Shown here: piece after piece, positions 22,848-32,337 of the stretch
How positions within the stretch are numbered: position 1 is the stretch's first letter
How the letters are laid out: every line of letters begins with the position of its first letter
Assembly: GCA_964490935.1 (NCBI GenBank)
Contig: CAZBEO010000006.1
Coordinates: 5,261-69,260 of the forward strand
Origin: an uncultured Verrucomicrobiota bacterium
GTDB taxonomy: Bacteria; Verrucomicrobiota; Kiritimatiellia; RZYC01
Direction: 5' to 3'
DNA: 64,000 nucleotides
Translations under genes and position numbers: made by a program
The notes under the pieces: model-generated
What the model was told of the DNA's origin: nothing
The model's input: only the letters and a program-made list of their open reading frames with translations
Databases searched by the model: none

Positions 22848-23999
22848 TTATTTCAGGACGACGAGATTATCGCGATGGATGACTTCGTCGTACTCGCAGG
22901 TTTTCATTATTTCGCGGATTTCCCGAGTTTTGCGCCCCATGATCCGCTTGACGTCTTCGGAGGAGTAATCCGTCAGGCCCGTGGCGATGATAGCGCCCGC
23001 CGCATCCCGGATATTCACCATGTCGCCTTTGGAAAACGCCCCGGCAACCTGTTTGATGCCAATGGGCAGGAGACTTTTACCATTTTCCAGGAGGGCTTTT
23101 TTTGCGCCATCATCCACGGTGATGGAACCCGATGCGCGGTTAAAATAGGCGATCCAGCGTTTGCGGGCGCACAGGGAACGCTCGTTGAGGGCCCAGGCGG
23201 GGTCGGCAATGAGGGTTCCACAGCGTTTGCCATCGACTATATTTTGAATGACACCGGAGCGGCGTCCATCGGCAATGACGGTGGCGATCCCGACATCGAC
23301 GGCCTTTTGGGCGGCCTGGAGTTTGGTTTCCATGCCGCCGGTGGAGAGGTCGCTGCCTTTTCCGTTCACATGACGCATGGCTTCCTGATCCACGCCCGGC
23401 AGATAGGAAACTATTCGGCTCCGCCCACTTTCGAGGGTCTTGCGAAATCCGTTGGTGGTGCTGAGCAGAATCAGGAGGTCGGCATCGATCATGATGGCGG
23501 AAAGGGCGGCCAGGACATCGTTGTCGCCCACTTTGATTTCATTCACAGAGACGACATCGTTCTCATTGACGATCGGGATGATGCCGTGCTGGAAGAGGGC
23601 ATTGACCGTATTGCGGATGTTGAGATGGCGTTCGCGGTGAGTCAGGTCGGCATAGGTTAGCAGGAGTTGTCCAATCTGGCATTTGTGTTTGGCAAAGGGT
23701 TTCTGATAGCGGGCCATGAGGCGGGCCTGCCCGACGGCCGCCGCCATCTGGAGTTCTGGCAGGGTCTTGGGGCGAATCTTCATGCCGAGGGCATCCACCC
23801 CGGAGCCGACGGCACCCGAAGAGACGAGCATCACATCCACGCCTCGCTTGCGCAAGGCGGCCAAATCCGCCGCCAGCGCGTCGATCCGCCGCTGATTGGG
23901 CCGCCCGGATTTTTCCACCAGAACGCGGGTGCCCACCTTGACGACCACGCGCCGGGCCCCTTGCAGAGATCCACGGATATTCATTTCACATTCATTCAT
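22848..23999 (-). CDS. proB: Glutamate 5-kinase with C-terminal PUA domain
   Basis: RRVVVKVGTRVL...amino-acid-kinase fold. C-terminal PUA (KGDMVNIRDAAGAIIATGLTDYSSEDVKRIMG). 16 nt upstream of proA. Confidence 0.95.
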   Translation of the reverse strand: MNECEMNIRGSLQGARRVVVKVGTRVLVEKSGRPNQRRIDALAADLAALRKRGVDVMLVSSGAVGSGVDALGMKIRPKTLPELQMAAAVGQARLMARYQKPFAKHKCQIGQLLLTYADLTHRERHLNIRNTVNALFQHGIIPIVNENDVVSVNEIKVGDNDVLAALSAIMIDADLLILLSTTNGFRKTLESGRSRIVSYLPGVDQEAMRHVNGKGSDLSTGGMETKLQAAQKAVDVGIATVIADGRRSGVIQNIVDGKRCGTLIADPAWALNERSLCARKRWIAYFNRASGSITVDDGAKKALLENGKSLLPIGIKQVAGAFSKGDMVNIRDAAGAIIATGLTDYSSEDVKRIMGRKTREIREIMKTCEYDEVIHRDNLVVLK

Positions 24000-24131
24000 A
24001 GCGTGATTCTGCTATCAAATTCAGACCGGACTTGTCGAGTGTGTTATGAAAAGGCCGCGAAGATCGGCAGTAGGGTTATACCCCATAGCAGAGAGCTGAC
24101 CTATTACGTACTTTCTTTCTAAATAAATCAA

Positions 24132-24151
24132 AAAGTGATTTTTATCACTTT
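24132..24151. promoter_or_regulatory. AT-rich 8-bp inverted repeat (aaagtgat-tttt-atcacttt) in an AT-rich island upstream of the OMP gene
   Basis: Read directly. The surrounding 24100-24160 is strikingly AT-rich relative to the window. Lies about 80 nt upstream of the 24234 start, in the divergent region between proB (-) and the OMP gene (+). Confidence 0.3.
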
Positions 24152-24233
24152 CTGACGCAGTCTCTCAATAAGCGCTTGCCGCCGTATGATGAAAGAAAGG
24201 ATAATTATGATCGCTCACAAAGGAGTTCGAAAT

Positions 24234-25328
24234 ATGCACAGTAGAGTTATCGCCTGCTCGCTCGTCTGCGTTCTTGTTCCTCTCGTATATTCAACGCAGG
24301 GGGGTATCAATGCCGGACGGGCTTTTGACAACGACGAGCGGCCCATGACGATCAATCTCACGATGGGCCAATTCAATCTCAACAGCGGGAAAGTGGAGGA
24401 AACGCGCCGGGCCTATGACAATAATGACAAGCCGACCGGCTACGAAGCCTACCTGTCTTCGTACTCGTTCGACGAACTCGGGCTGGTTGGATCGTATCCA
24501 ACGTACGGGCTCAATTTCGAAAAGCAGTGGAAGTACTTCACGTTGCGCATGGAAGGCAGTTACATCAAGGCCAACGCCAGCGCCGTGGCCTCCGCGCATC
24601 CCACGGCCAGCGAGGTGCCCGAAAAGCAACAGGGCTATTACATCAGCGTGAGTGACATTTCATACGAGGGTCAGTCGTATGAGTATATGTATATTCCAGA
24701 GGGGCAGCCCTTCGATGCCACGATCGACGGGGGCAGTGCCGCCATCCGCGGCCTGATCACGCCGTTCAGCCTCAGTATCTCCGATAATTTTGTGTCCTTT
24801 TCGCCTTGGCTGCACATCGGCGTGTACGCGGTGGGCGGGCACTACAAGATCGACGCGGGACCGGCACGCGGCACCGTGCAGTATGAAGTGCCTCCGGAAA
24901 CCTACGTGGTTGGCGGCGAGGGAACAGGGGACGTCGGCGCAGCTCTCCCTGAAATCGGTTTTGGCGGCGAACTGCGTATCCGCCTGGCACGCATGCGTAA
25001 TGGCGATGCCACCCTGTCTTTGCAGGGTGACCTAGCCTATCTCACCTACAGGGGGAACACGAGCGACCTAGGCATCAGTGAAGAAAACTCGAAGGAAATC
25101 GACCTGACCTATCAGAACCTGGAACTCTCCGCGATGCTTGAACTACCCGTCAGCCCGAGATTCGACCTGGTGATAGGCGTTGCCTATCGCGTGATGACGG
25201 CCGACCTAGATTTGAACTCCCAAAATCGTGACGAGCAGGATCAGAAAAGTATCTTCCACGAGAAATACGATAAACACGCTGATATTGATTCTTCGTTCCT
25301 CTACGGCTCTGTCGGCGTGCGCTTCTGA
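24234..25328 (+). CDS. Putative outer-membrane beta-barrel protein (signal peptide; C-terminal aromatic residue)
   Basis: AGGAG RBS 8 nt before the ATG at 24234. Signal-peptide-like MHSRVIACSLVCVLVPLVYSTQG. Alternating amphipathic strands. Terminal ...LYGSVGVRF ends in Phe, typical of OMP barrels. Followed by hairpin gcgcgat-tc-atcgcgc (25344-25359). Confidence 0.5.
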   Translation: MHSRVIACSLVCVLVPLVYSTQGGINAGRAFDNDERPMTINLTMGQFNLNSGKVEETRRAYDNNDKPTGYEAYLSSYSFDELGLVGSYPTYGLNFEKQWKYFTLRMEGSYIKANASAVASAHPTASEVPEKQQGYYISVSDISYEGQSYEYMYIPEGQPFDATIDGGSAAIRGLITPFSLSISDNFVSFSPWLHIGVYAVGGHYKIDAGPARGTVQYEVPPETYVVGGEGTGDVGAALPEIGFGGELRIRLARMRNGDATLSLQGDLAYLTYRGNTSDLGISEENSKEIDLTYQNLELSAMLELPVSPRFDLVIGVAYRVMTADLDLNSQNRDEQDQKSIFHEKYDKHADIDSSFLYGSVGVRF

Positions 25329-25457
25329 TACCAACCAAGAGCGCGATTCATCGCGCGTGCGGAAGGATTACACTTTGAGGGTGCCTTGCGTCACTCGCAC
25401 ATGAAGAAACAAAAACGGCCTGAGTTAGAACCGGGACGCAAAGTGGTGTTCCTGCTT

Positions 25458-25727
25458 TCAGTTGCTGGAAAGCCGTTCGCGGCCTTTCAGAAATCGGGTG
25501 GACGCAGTGGCTCTGCCCCTCTCTTTTCTGACGATGGATACGATCTCACTTGTCGAGACTCTCGCCTTGATAGATGGGACGTCCAGCGGGGACTTCTGCG
25601 TACGCTCCGGTGCTAAAGAAAACGTTCGTCCGTCCTTTCGGCGGATCAGGACTTTTCCTGACACTTCAGCTTTGTCCAAGACGCTCGATAGTTTCTGTCG
25701 GGCTTCAGAATATGTATAGACCTGCAT
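25458..25727 (-). CDS. Phd/YefM-family antitoxin
   Basis: MQVYTYSEARQKLSSVLDKA... compares with Phd/YefM MRTISYSEARQNLS. Its start is 3 nt after the upstream PIN gene stop. Confidence 0.65.
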   Translation of the reverse strand: MQVYTYSEARQKLSSVLDKAEVSGKVLIRRKDGRTFSLAPERTQKSPLDVPSIKARVSTSEIVSIVRKERGRATASTRFLKGRERLSSN

Positions 25728-25730
25728 TGC

Positions 25731-26123
25731 TCATACCTCCAGAACGTGGACCCCAATCTTGTCGGCCGCTCTCCTGAGCGGGCGATCGAGAGTCAGTAAC
25801 GGCGCGGCATGCCGAGCCGCACAATCGAGAAAGTACGCATCGTACGCGTACAGATTTGCGGCGTGGGCGATGGAGAGCGCATTCTCCAAATCAACCGCAA
25901 GATATCGAATAGCGATGGACTGGAAGATGGTCAGGCCTAGCCTGACCTCCTCCATATCGACACGATGCTGCTTCAGCATCGCCGAAAACGCATTCCCGAT
26001 CTCCCATGGAATGGAGCCGGGGCCAACAAGATTGTGTCCCTCGGTCATCTTGACAATGCGATCCCGTTCCGGCTCATCGACAAGGACGGCGAGAATCGCT
26101 GAGGCATCAATAACAATGTCCAT
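25731..26123 (-). CDS. vapC: PIN-domain toxin (VapC-like)
   Basis: MDIVIDASAILAVLVDEPERD... has PIN acidic residues (D5, E, D). The ORF-track start (26225) adds 34 non-conserved residues. The ATG at 26123 gives a canonical 131-aa VapC. Confidence 0.75.
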   Translation of the reverse strand: MDIVIDASAILAVLVDEPERDRIVKMTEGHNLVGPGSIPWEIGNAFSAMLKQHRVDMEEVRLGLTIFQSIAIRYLAVDLENALSIAHAANLYAYDAYFLDCAARHAAPLLTLDRPLRRAADKIGVHVLEV

Positions 26124-26221
26124 CTTGGCTCCTTTCCTTCGCGTATTGACAATTGTACAACATAAGGTCCGGATGTCAATGTTGTGTCCTTTCGCGCTTT
26201 CGGGGAAGAGGTTCTCACCCC

Positions 26222-27280
26222 TCATTGATGACCGTATCTATTCGGCAGGCCTTCATCCAACGTTTGACGGATTGCCAGGCACGCACACAGGACCGGATAG
26301 CCAAATTCGGTGGTCCAGGTTTCGGCTGGCTCATCCGAGAGTACCCAGACCATGCCCGCGCCATCGCCGCGAATGGAACCCGCACCGCAAATCTTGGCCG
26401 CCCCGCCCCGTTGCTCCACGGCCTCGATAAAGTGCTGCACACGTTCCGGCACCACGCCGATTTTCACCAACAACCGGTGATTCCTGCGAATCAGCGGCGG
26501 AAGGGCCGCCGTCTCGCCATGACTCAGCGCAGCCGCCATTTTCTCGGCAATTCGCTCGAACTGCGTCCAGATTTTGGAGGTCCCGAAGCGTTTGCTCGCC
26601 TGCGCCACGCATTCGCCCGTGGAGGCTTCGGGCGTACCGGTATGCACAAGCGTGACGGCAAAATCCGTGCGCGCCAGCGGTTGGATCGCACCGTCTTTTC
26701 GATAGGTCATGCATCCGCCGTAGATCGAGGCATAGGCATCCACGCCACTCGGATGGCCGTGCTGAAGTCGTTCGCAATCCATCACGCGCTCATACAAATC
26801 CGGCGCATCAAAGGATTGGCCCGCCAACCGGCCCACCGCCTGAATCACGCAGGACGCCACAGCCGCCGAGGAGCCCATGCCGCAGCCCACCGGTAAATCC
26901 GTGGAAACCCGCAGGTTCATGCCGCCGCGCCAGTCCAGGGCCTCGAGGGCGCGCATCACGGCAAAAACCAGGAATTGCCCGGGATACTCCAGCAGCTCGC
27001 TCACCACCCGCTTGCCCTCCAGAAATTCCTGATAGCGCCCGCGCAACTGGGTGAATAGATACTGCGCTTCGGAGAATCCCACATCCACGGCATCGCAGAA
27101 CGCTGGCGCATCAATCAGCAGACGCGACTCATCCAGGGGCGTCACCCTGCATTCCGCGTACCGATTCACCGCCATGACCACGGCCGTACAGCCATGCACC
27201 ACGGCGTGTTCCCCGCACAGGATCAGCTTGCCCGGCGCACGGGCTGTGATCCCTTCGCTCACGGCTCCAACCCTCTGCAC
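26222..27280 (-). CDS. GHMP-family kinase (mevalonate/sugar kinase-like)
   Basis: N-terminal APGKLILCGEHAVVHG and ATP-binding loop LPVGCGMGSSAAVASCV (PxGSGLGSSAA). Overlaps the upstream nucleotidyltransferase gene by 22 nt. Confidence 0.7.
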   Translation of the reverse strand: MQRVGAVSEGITARAPGKLILCGEHAVVHGCTAVVMAVNRYAECRVTPLDESRLLIDAPAFCDAVDVGFSEAQYLFTQLRGRYQEFLEGKRVVSELLEYPGQFLVFAVMRALEALDWRGGMNLRVSTDLPVGCGMGSSAAVASCVIQAVGRLAGQSFDAPDLYERVMDCERLQHGHPSGVDAYASIYGGCMTYRKDGAIQPLARTDFAVTLVHTGTPEASTGECVAQASKRFGTSKIWTQFERIAEKMAAALSHGETAALPPLIRRNHRLLVKIGVVPERVQHFIEAVEQRGGAAKICGAGSIRGDGAGMVWVLSDEPAETWTTEFGYPVLCACLAIRQTLDEGLPNRYGHQ

Positions 27281-27864
27281 AGAGCCGCCCAGGCCTCCGG
27301 CGTATTGATATTATTCAGCACCGCCGCATCCTCCACGTCGAGACGGTGCTCCACCGGACGCAACAGCTCATCGAGGCGGGCGCTCTTCTCCGACGCATCG
27401 TCCAGCGCCATAATCGGGTCGTAAAGGACGCCAGAAATCCAACACAGCAGGCCGCGTTTGCCCTGATAAAACGGTCGCACGGAGAGTACGCCAGCCACGG
27501 CTGCCGCGAGCATCCACCGAATCGTATCGGCCTGCACACCCGCCGTATCCACGGGCAGGAGCACGCACCCGACAAACGGATGAGCTGCACGCAGGCCCGC
27601 TTGCACCGAGGAGATGCGCCCCCGACCCCAGCGCTCATTGAGTACGTAAGAAACGGTGTCGCCCAGCTCCCGCCTTACGTCTTCTTCGGCGCCACCCACC
27701 ACCATGTTCACCGGATCACATCCCGCGCTCCGCAGGAGTTCCGCCTGAACCCGACCCAGCGGGGTTCCATCCGACAGGTGCAGCAGCGGTTTCGGACGAC
27801 CCATGCGCGACGATGCACCACCCGCCAGCACCAGCCCCACCTGCTTGCTTTGTGTCTTCTTCAT
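27259..27864 (-). CDS. MobA-like nucleotidyltransferase (NTP_transf_3 family)
   Basis: GLVLAGGASSRMGRPKPLL parallels the MobA/MocA (G)xLAGGxxxRMG...K motif. 201 aa. Confidence 0.6.
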   Translation of the reverse strand: MKKTQSKQVGLVLAGGASSRMGRPKPLLHLSDGTPLGRVQAELLRSAGCDPVNMVVGGAEEDVRRELGDTVSYVLNERWGRGRISSVQAGLRAAHPFVGCVLLPVDTAGVQADTIRWMLAAAVAGVLSVRPFYQGKRGLLCWISGVLYDPIMALDDASEKSARLDELLRPVEHRLDVEDAAVLNNINTPEAWAALCRGLEP

Positions 27865-27876
27865 ACGTCCGCCGCA

Positions 27877-28542
27877 TCAAGGGCTGGTCACGTCGGGAGC
27901 TTTTTCGGCGCTCATGTTTTCGCGCAGGACTCCGGCCATATCCCTGGTAAGCTGCTGCAGAAGGTCGCCCAGTCCGGCGACATAGGCCGGATAGCCCGAA
28001 TCGGCCAGCGCGGATTCATACGTCGAAGTACGCCGCACCAGTGGCGGGTGTTCTTCGCCGGATGAAAGAATCGTCCATTGCGCAATCAGAATGGCTTTCT
28101 CCCCCTGCACACCATCCAAGCGCAGCACGTCCACCATGATTTTATATTCGAACGGGTCGCTGACCGTCCAAGGAAAGAGATCGATGTAGGCATCCGGCAA
28201 TTCCATTGCCAGATTGGCGGCAACGGCACCCAGCACGGCCTGATCCAGCGGGGCGGCCCAGCGGTTGAATTCATCCACCACCACTTCGCCACCACCACGC
28301 ACGCTCACGATCTGCGGACGATCCAGATAGGGACTAATCTTCACCGGATAAAATCCGACCTGAATCTCCGAGCGGGCCACATCCACCGAGGTGCCCGGCG
28401 CGGTGTTCAAAGCATTCGGAAGCGCATAAAAGCGGGAGGGGTTGCTGGTTCCGCAGGCGGTCAACAGCAGGCTGAGCGCCAATGCGGTGCCGGGGATGAG
28501 GCGGTTGAATCTAAGCAACGATAAGTCATATCGTGTGTTCAT
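27877..28542 (-). CDS. ABC-type transport auxiliary lipoprotein (PqiC/YmbA, DUF330-like)
   Basis: Lipobox LLTACG, about 220 aa, immediately downstream of the MCE gene; this is the usual position of the DUF330 lipoprotein in mce/mla operons. Confidence 0.6.
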   Translation of the reverse strand: MNTRYDLSLLRFNRLIPGTALALSLLLTACGTSNPSRFYALPNALNTAPGTSVDVARSEIQVGFYPVKISPYLDRPQIVSVRGGGEVVVDEFNRWAAPLDQAVLGAVAANLAMELPDAYIDLFPWTVSDPFEYKIMVDVLRLDGVQGEKAILIAQWTILSSGEEHPPLVRRTSTYESALADSGYPAYVAGLGDLLQQLTRDMAGVLRENMSAEKAPDVTSP

Positions 28543-28561
28543 ATGAGCATCTCCTGTCGGT

Positions 28562-29518
28562 TTATTGTTTTCCGTGAATCAAGGATTCGGGATAGCGTTC
28601 CAGGTAATCGGTCAGATAGCGCAGGGAGCGTGCGGAGCGGCTGATTTCTTCGAGCGCATGCTGCGTTTGATAATTCAACGGAGACTGGCGTTTCAGCAAG
28701 TCGCTGACCTGGTCGGCCAGCTTCGTGGCGCTCTGCACGAAGGGCTCGATTTGGGGCTGTATACTGGTCAGCAATGCCTGCAACTGGTGCATGGTTTCGT
28801 TCAGGGATTCGAGGGAGCCAGCGGCCTCCTTCATCATGGGCTCCAGATCCCGGTTGATGGTGGCAGCCATCTGGTCAATCTGTTTGAGGGCACCAGCGGC
28901 ACTGGCCACGGCCTGCTGCGTGGATTCCGAGGTCACAATGTCGGATATGCCCTTCATGGCGGAATGCACATCATACACAATTTCCTTGAGCGGGAGTTCC
29001 TGCACCTCGACCGCCATGCGGCGCAGAGGCGACAACGTGGTGGGCATCTGCCAGCAGCCAGAGACGGCTGTTTCCTGTCGTTGCATCGGCATATCCGGGA
29101 AGAGGCCCAGCTCGATTTTCAGTTTGCCGGTCAGCAGACTTTGCGAGGCGAGGCGGGCGCGCATCCCCTGGCTGACGAGATATTCCATGCCGTCTTCTAT
29201 CCGGTTAAACTCCTTGTCATCTCCAATGTAGCCGATGCGCCCACCCTCGAGGCGAAAGGTCACCGGGCGGATGATTTTTTTGCTGACGGCCCGGTCCATA
29301 ATAAGGCGCACGTCCGTCACGGTGCCGACACGTACCCCCTGAAACTCCACCGGAGCGCCAATGTCGAGTCCGGTAATGGACTCCTCAAAAAAGGCCACGC
29401 AGTTGAAATGCTCCTCGAAGAGCCCGCCTCCGCTCAGGATGAGTATCCCGGAAACGGCCAAGGCAATCGCGCCCATCACGAACGCGCCAATCAACGTGGG
29501 ATTTGCTTTCCTGCTCAT
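28562..29518 (-). CDS. mlaD: MCE-family protein (MlaD-like substrate-binding component)
   Basis: N-terminal TM (LIGAFVMGAIALAVSGILIL) then MCE domain (FNCVAFFEESITGLDIGAPVEFQGVRVGTVTDV). The ATG at 29518 has an AGGTGA RBS and overlaps the mlaF stop by 4 nt. Confidence 0.8.
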   Translation of the reverse strand: MSRKANPTLIGAFVMGAIALAVSGILILSGGGLFEEHFNCVAFFEESITGLDIGAPVEFQGVRVGTVTDVRLIMDRAVSKKIIRPVTFRLEGGRIGYIGDDKEFNRIEDGMEYLVSQGMRARLASQSLLTGKLKIELGLFPDMPMQRQETAVSGCWQMPTTLSPLRRMAVEVQELPLKEIVYDVHSAMKGISDIVTSESTQQAVASAAGALKQIDQMAATINRDLEPMMKEAAGSLESLNETMHQLQALLTSIQPQIEPFVQSATKLADQVSDLLKRQSPLNYQTQHALEEISRSARSLRYLTDYLERYPESLIHGKQ

Positions 29519-30309
29519 ACCTTCACCTCTTCCTGCTCCGTCTTCAGTGGTGTCTCGTTTCCTCGATTGAGGAAACGTCGCACCTTTTCTTCCGGGCACT
29601 GGTTTATCAATTTGCGAGGGTCTCCTTCGGCAATCATCGTGTGCGTCTCGTCATCCAGAAACAAGGCGCGCGTAGCAATGGCAAAGATACTGGCCAGTTC
29701 ATGGGTCACAATCACAATGGTGGCACCCAGGCTTTCGCGCAGTTCGATAATCAGATCATCCAGCCGCTTGGCGCTGATCGGATCGAGCCCGGCCGAGGGC
29801 TCGTCAAAATAGAGAATTTCGGGATCGAGGGCCATCGCACGCGCCAGGCCAGCGCGTTTTTTCATGCCTCCACTAATTTCCGAGGGATAAAACCCGCCGA
29901 ATCCAGCCAATCCCACCAGGGCCAGTTTCAGATTCACCACATCACGGATTTCGCGGGCGGAAAGAGCTGTATAGGCCTCAAGCGGGACGGCAATGTTTTC
30001 GGCCAGCGTCATGGAACTCCACAATGCGCCGCTCTGATAGAGAATACCGGTCCGCCGCATCAGGGCGCGGCGCGTTTCCGGCTCCGCCGCCCACAAATCC
30101 GTTTTGCCGTAGAGTACCCGGCCCTGCGCCGGGCGGTGCAGGCCAATCAGATGCCGCAGCAGCGTGCTTTTCCCACAGCCGCTACCGCCCATGATCACAA
30201 ACGTTTCCCCGCGCCGAATACTGAAGGTCAGATTCTGTTGAATCACAAAATCTCCAAAGGCCATGGTTAACTCTTCCACGCGGATATGAGTGTCGTTTGC
30301 CTGCATCTT
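29515..30309 (-). CDS. mlaF: ABC transporter ATP-binding protein MlaF-like
   Basis: GGSGCGKSTLLRHLIGL Walker A, ISGGMKKRAGLARAMA signature, LYFDEPSAGLDP Walker B. The ORF-track start 30510 overlaps mlaE; the internal start MQANDTHIRVEELTMAFGD at 30309 is consistent with MlaF. Confidence 0.88.
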   Translation of the reverse strand, partial: KMQANDTHIRVEELTMAFGDFVIQQNLTFSIRRGETFVIMGGSGCGKSTLLRHLIGLHRPAQGRVLYGKTDLWAAEPETRRALMRRTGILYQSGALWSSMTLAENIAVPLEAYTALSAREIRDVVNLKLALVGLAGFGGFYPSEISGGMKKRAGLARAMALDPEILYFDEPSAGLDPISAKRLDDLIIELRESLGATIVIVTHELASIFAIATRALFLDDETHTMIAEGDPRKLINQCPEEKVRRFLNRGNETPLKTEQEEVKV

Positions 30310-31453
30310 AAAATCCTGTGAAGGTGAAGATAATGGAGAGAATCGAATCCGCCACAATGATATACACAATGGCGTGTACCACGGCGGAGGTGGTGGCATC
30401 ACCCACCGCAGAGGCACTGCGTCCGCAGCGAATCCCCCGCATGCAACCCGAGAAAGCCACCAGCACACCAAACACCACGCTCTTGATGAGCCCCGAAGCA
30501 ACGGCGTCAAATGTAATGGCCTTAACCGTTTCCAGATAATACTGCGTCGGGGTCAGGTCCATCATTAAAACCCCCACCAAGGCACCGCCGATGATGCCCA
30601 GCACGTTCGAGAAAATGGTCAGCAGCGGCATCATGAGAATCAGGGCAATCATCCGGGGCAACACCAGAAATTCCATGGGCGAGAAACCCATCGTCTGGAG
30701 GGCATCCACCTCTTCGTTCACCTGCATGGTACCCAGGCGTGCCGCAAAGGAGGCACCGGTGCGACCCGCCATGATGATGCCCGTCATCAGCGCACCCATT
30801 TCGCGCACCATGCCGATGCCCACCAAGTCCGCCATATACACCTCCGCCCCAAACAGCTTGAGCTGAATCGAACCCAGAAAGGCCAAAATCATACCCACCA
30901 GCACGCTGATCAGCGAAACAATCGGCAGCGCCTCCGGCCCACATTCCTGAATGACCGACCAAAAATCCACCCTACGCATCCGCGCACGCCCACGAAGCAG
31001 AGCGCCGAACGCCAGCAGCGTTTCGCCCAGAAACGACATCGTTTTTTTGCAGTCGTCCAGCGTGGCCAGCGCCGACTGACCAACTCGAGCAAAAAAAGAC
31101 CCGCCGGTCTCTTTTCGGTGTTCCTCGGTACGGTCCGGCACCGCCTGAGCCAGCCGCAACATCCGCTCGATGCCGGGTGCGAATCCCTCCAGGCTCACAG
31201 GCAGTTTCGATTCGGCGGCACGCTGATAAACGTGCTGAAGAAAAATCAGGCAGGCGCTGTCCCACTCGGTAATCCCCGAGCCCTCGAGCACGATTGCGGA
31301 GGGCACTGCGCCCACGCTCAGTGCCTCGCCAACGAAATCCGGTGCTGCGCGTTCATCCTGAAAGCGCCATGCGCCGCTCATACGAATCGTCAGCGGGCCT
31401 TCGGGACTCCGGACACACTCGATTTTATCGGTCTTCGTATTTTCATTCATCAC
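30308..31453 (-). CDS. mlaE: MlaE-family ABC permease with fused N-terminal STAS (MlaB-like) domain
   Basis: N-terminal 110 aa STAS-like (LTIRMSGAWRF...IVLEGSGITEWDSACL), then MlaE permease core (EVDALQTMGFSPMEFLVLPRMIALILMMPLL). Confidence 0.85.
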   Translation of the reverse strand: MMNENTKTDKIECVRSPEGPLTIRMSGAWRFQDERAAPDFVGEALSVGAVPSAIVLEGSGITEWDSACLIFLQHVYQRAAESKLPVSLEGFAPGIERMLRLAQAVPDRTEEHRKETGGSFFARVGQSALATLDDCKKTMSFLGETLLAFGALLRGRARMRRVDFWSVIQECGPEALPIVSLISVLVGMILAFLGSIQLKLFGAEVYMADLVGIGMVREMGALMTGIIMAGRTGASFAARLGTMQVNEEVDALQTMGFSPMEFLVLPRMIALILMMPLLTIFSNVLGIIGGALVGVLMMDLTPTQYYLETVKAITFDAVASGLIKSVVFGVLVAFSGCMRGIRCGRSASAVGDATTSAVVHAIVYIIVADSILSIIFTFTGF

Positions 31454-31636
31454 AGCGGGCTCTTCCTAAAAATTAGTCCCGTGGAATTTAGCGGACCCGC
31501 GCTGGCAAGTCACGCAAAACAAGGGTGTAAAAGAGAAAGAATAGTGAGACATTGATTAGACATTTTCGAGGGCGCTTATTATGCTGGATGAACGATGGTA
31601 CCGTTCCAAAGGAGTCCGACGCTGGTTTGGTATCTT

Positions 31637-31665
31637 CTGAACGGCATATATACGTTCCGTTCAGA
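31637..31665. promoter_or_regulatory. 9-bp inverted repeat tctgaacgg-N11-ccgttcaga with AT-rich spacer (catatatacgt) upstream of the Cache/MCP genes
   Basis: Read directly. Located about 25 nt upstream of the Cache gene RBS (aaaggagag) in a 235-nt intergenic region. Confidence 0.3.
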
Positions 31666-31688
31666 TCGGGAAAAAATCATAAAGGAGA

Positions 31689-32261
31689 GTGAGTATGAGT
31701 TCAGCAGCAAGAATAAAAGCGGTGTGTTTAGCGATCGGCGTTTTGGCGTCGAGCTATGCGATGGCGGAGGTCTCTTCGGAGGAATTGAATGCGCAAAGTG
31801 AAGCGAAGGCCAAGGCGACGGAAAACGTAAAACCGACGCCGGAAATGGTCAAAGCAAAAGTGCTTGAAGCCTGCGCCCTGGTGGAGCAAGAGGGCGCGGC
31901 AGCCCTGCCGAAGATGCAGGGATCGGATACGGACTTCATCTTTGCCGGGACCTATGTGTGGATTAACGACATGGACTGCATCATGGTCATGCATCCGATG
32001 AAGTACAAATTGAATGGGAAACCATTGATGAACATTAAGGACACCAACGGCAAGGCTTTGTTTGTCGAGTTCGTCAATGTCTGTCGTGACAAGGGAGAGG
32101 GCTGGGCGGATTATATGTGGCCGAAGCCGGGCGAAACGACGCCTGTTCCAAAGGTCTCTTTTGTGAAAAAGGCCGTCACCCCGGATGGACAGGAGTGGGT
32201 TGTAGGTTCCGGTCTGTACGATGTGCCTGCAGAGGAAATAAACACCCTGGTGAATAACTAG
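31689..32261 (+). CDS. Secreted stand-alone Cache-domain protein (single Cache-like)
   Basis: Signal peptide (AVCLAIGVLASSYAMA), then YVWINDMDCIMVMHPMKYKLNGKPLMNIKDTNGKALFVEFV...GEGWADYMWPKPG, matching the conserved YxWxxD...HP...NG...Y(x)WxKPG pattern of Cache sensor domains. Confidence 0.6.
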   Translation: MSMSSAARIKAVCLAIGVLASSYAMAEVSSEELNAQSEAKAKATENVKPTPEMVKAKVLEACALVEQEGAAALPKMQGSDTDFIFAGTYVWINDMDCIMVMHPMKYKLNGKPLMNIKDTNGKALFVEFVNVCRDKGEGWADYMWPKPGETTPVPKVSFVKKAVTPDGQEWVVGSGLYDVPAEEINTLVNN

Positions 32262-32337
32262 GCGTAATCTGTCGATGAGCCATGCAGAGCCGCGCTGAAG
32301 CGCGGCTCTGCATGGAGTCCGGCACGGAGGATTTATC

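Noticed and set aside
31595-31801. 68-aa ORF overlapping the Cache gene start.
   Set aside because: Out of frame with the well-supported Cache ORF and lacking an RBS; an artefact.
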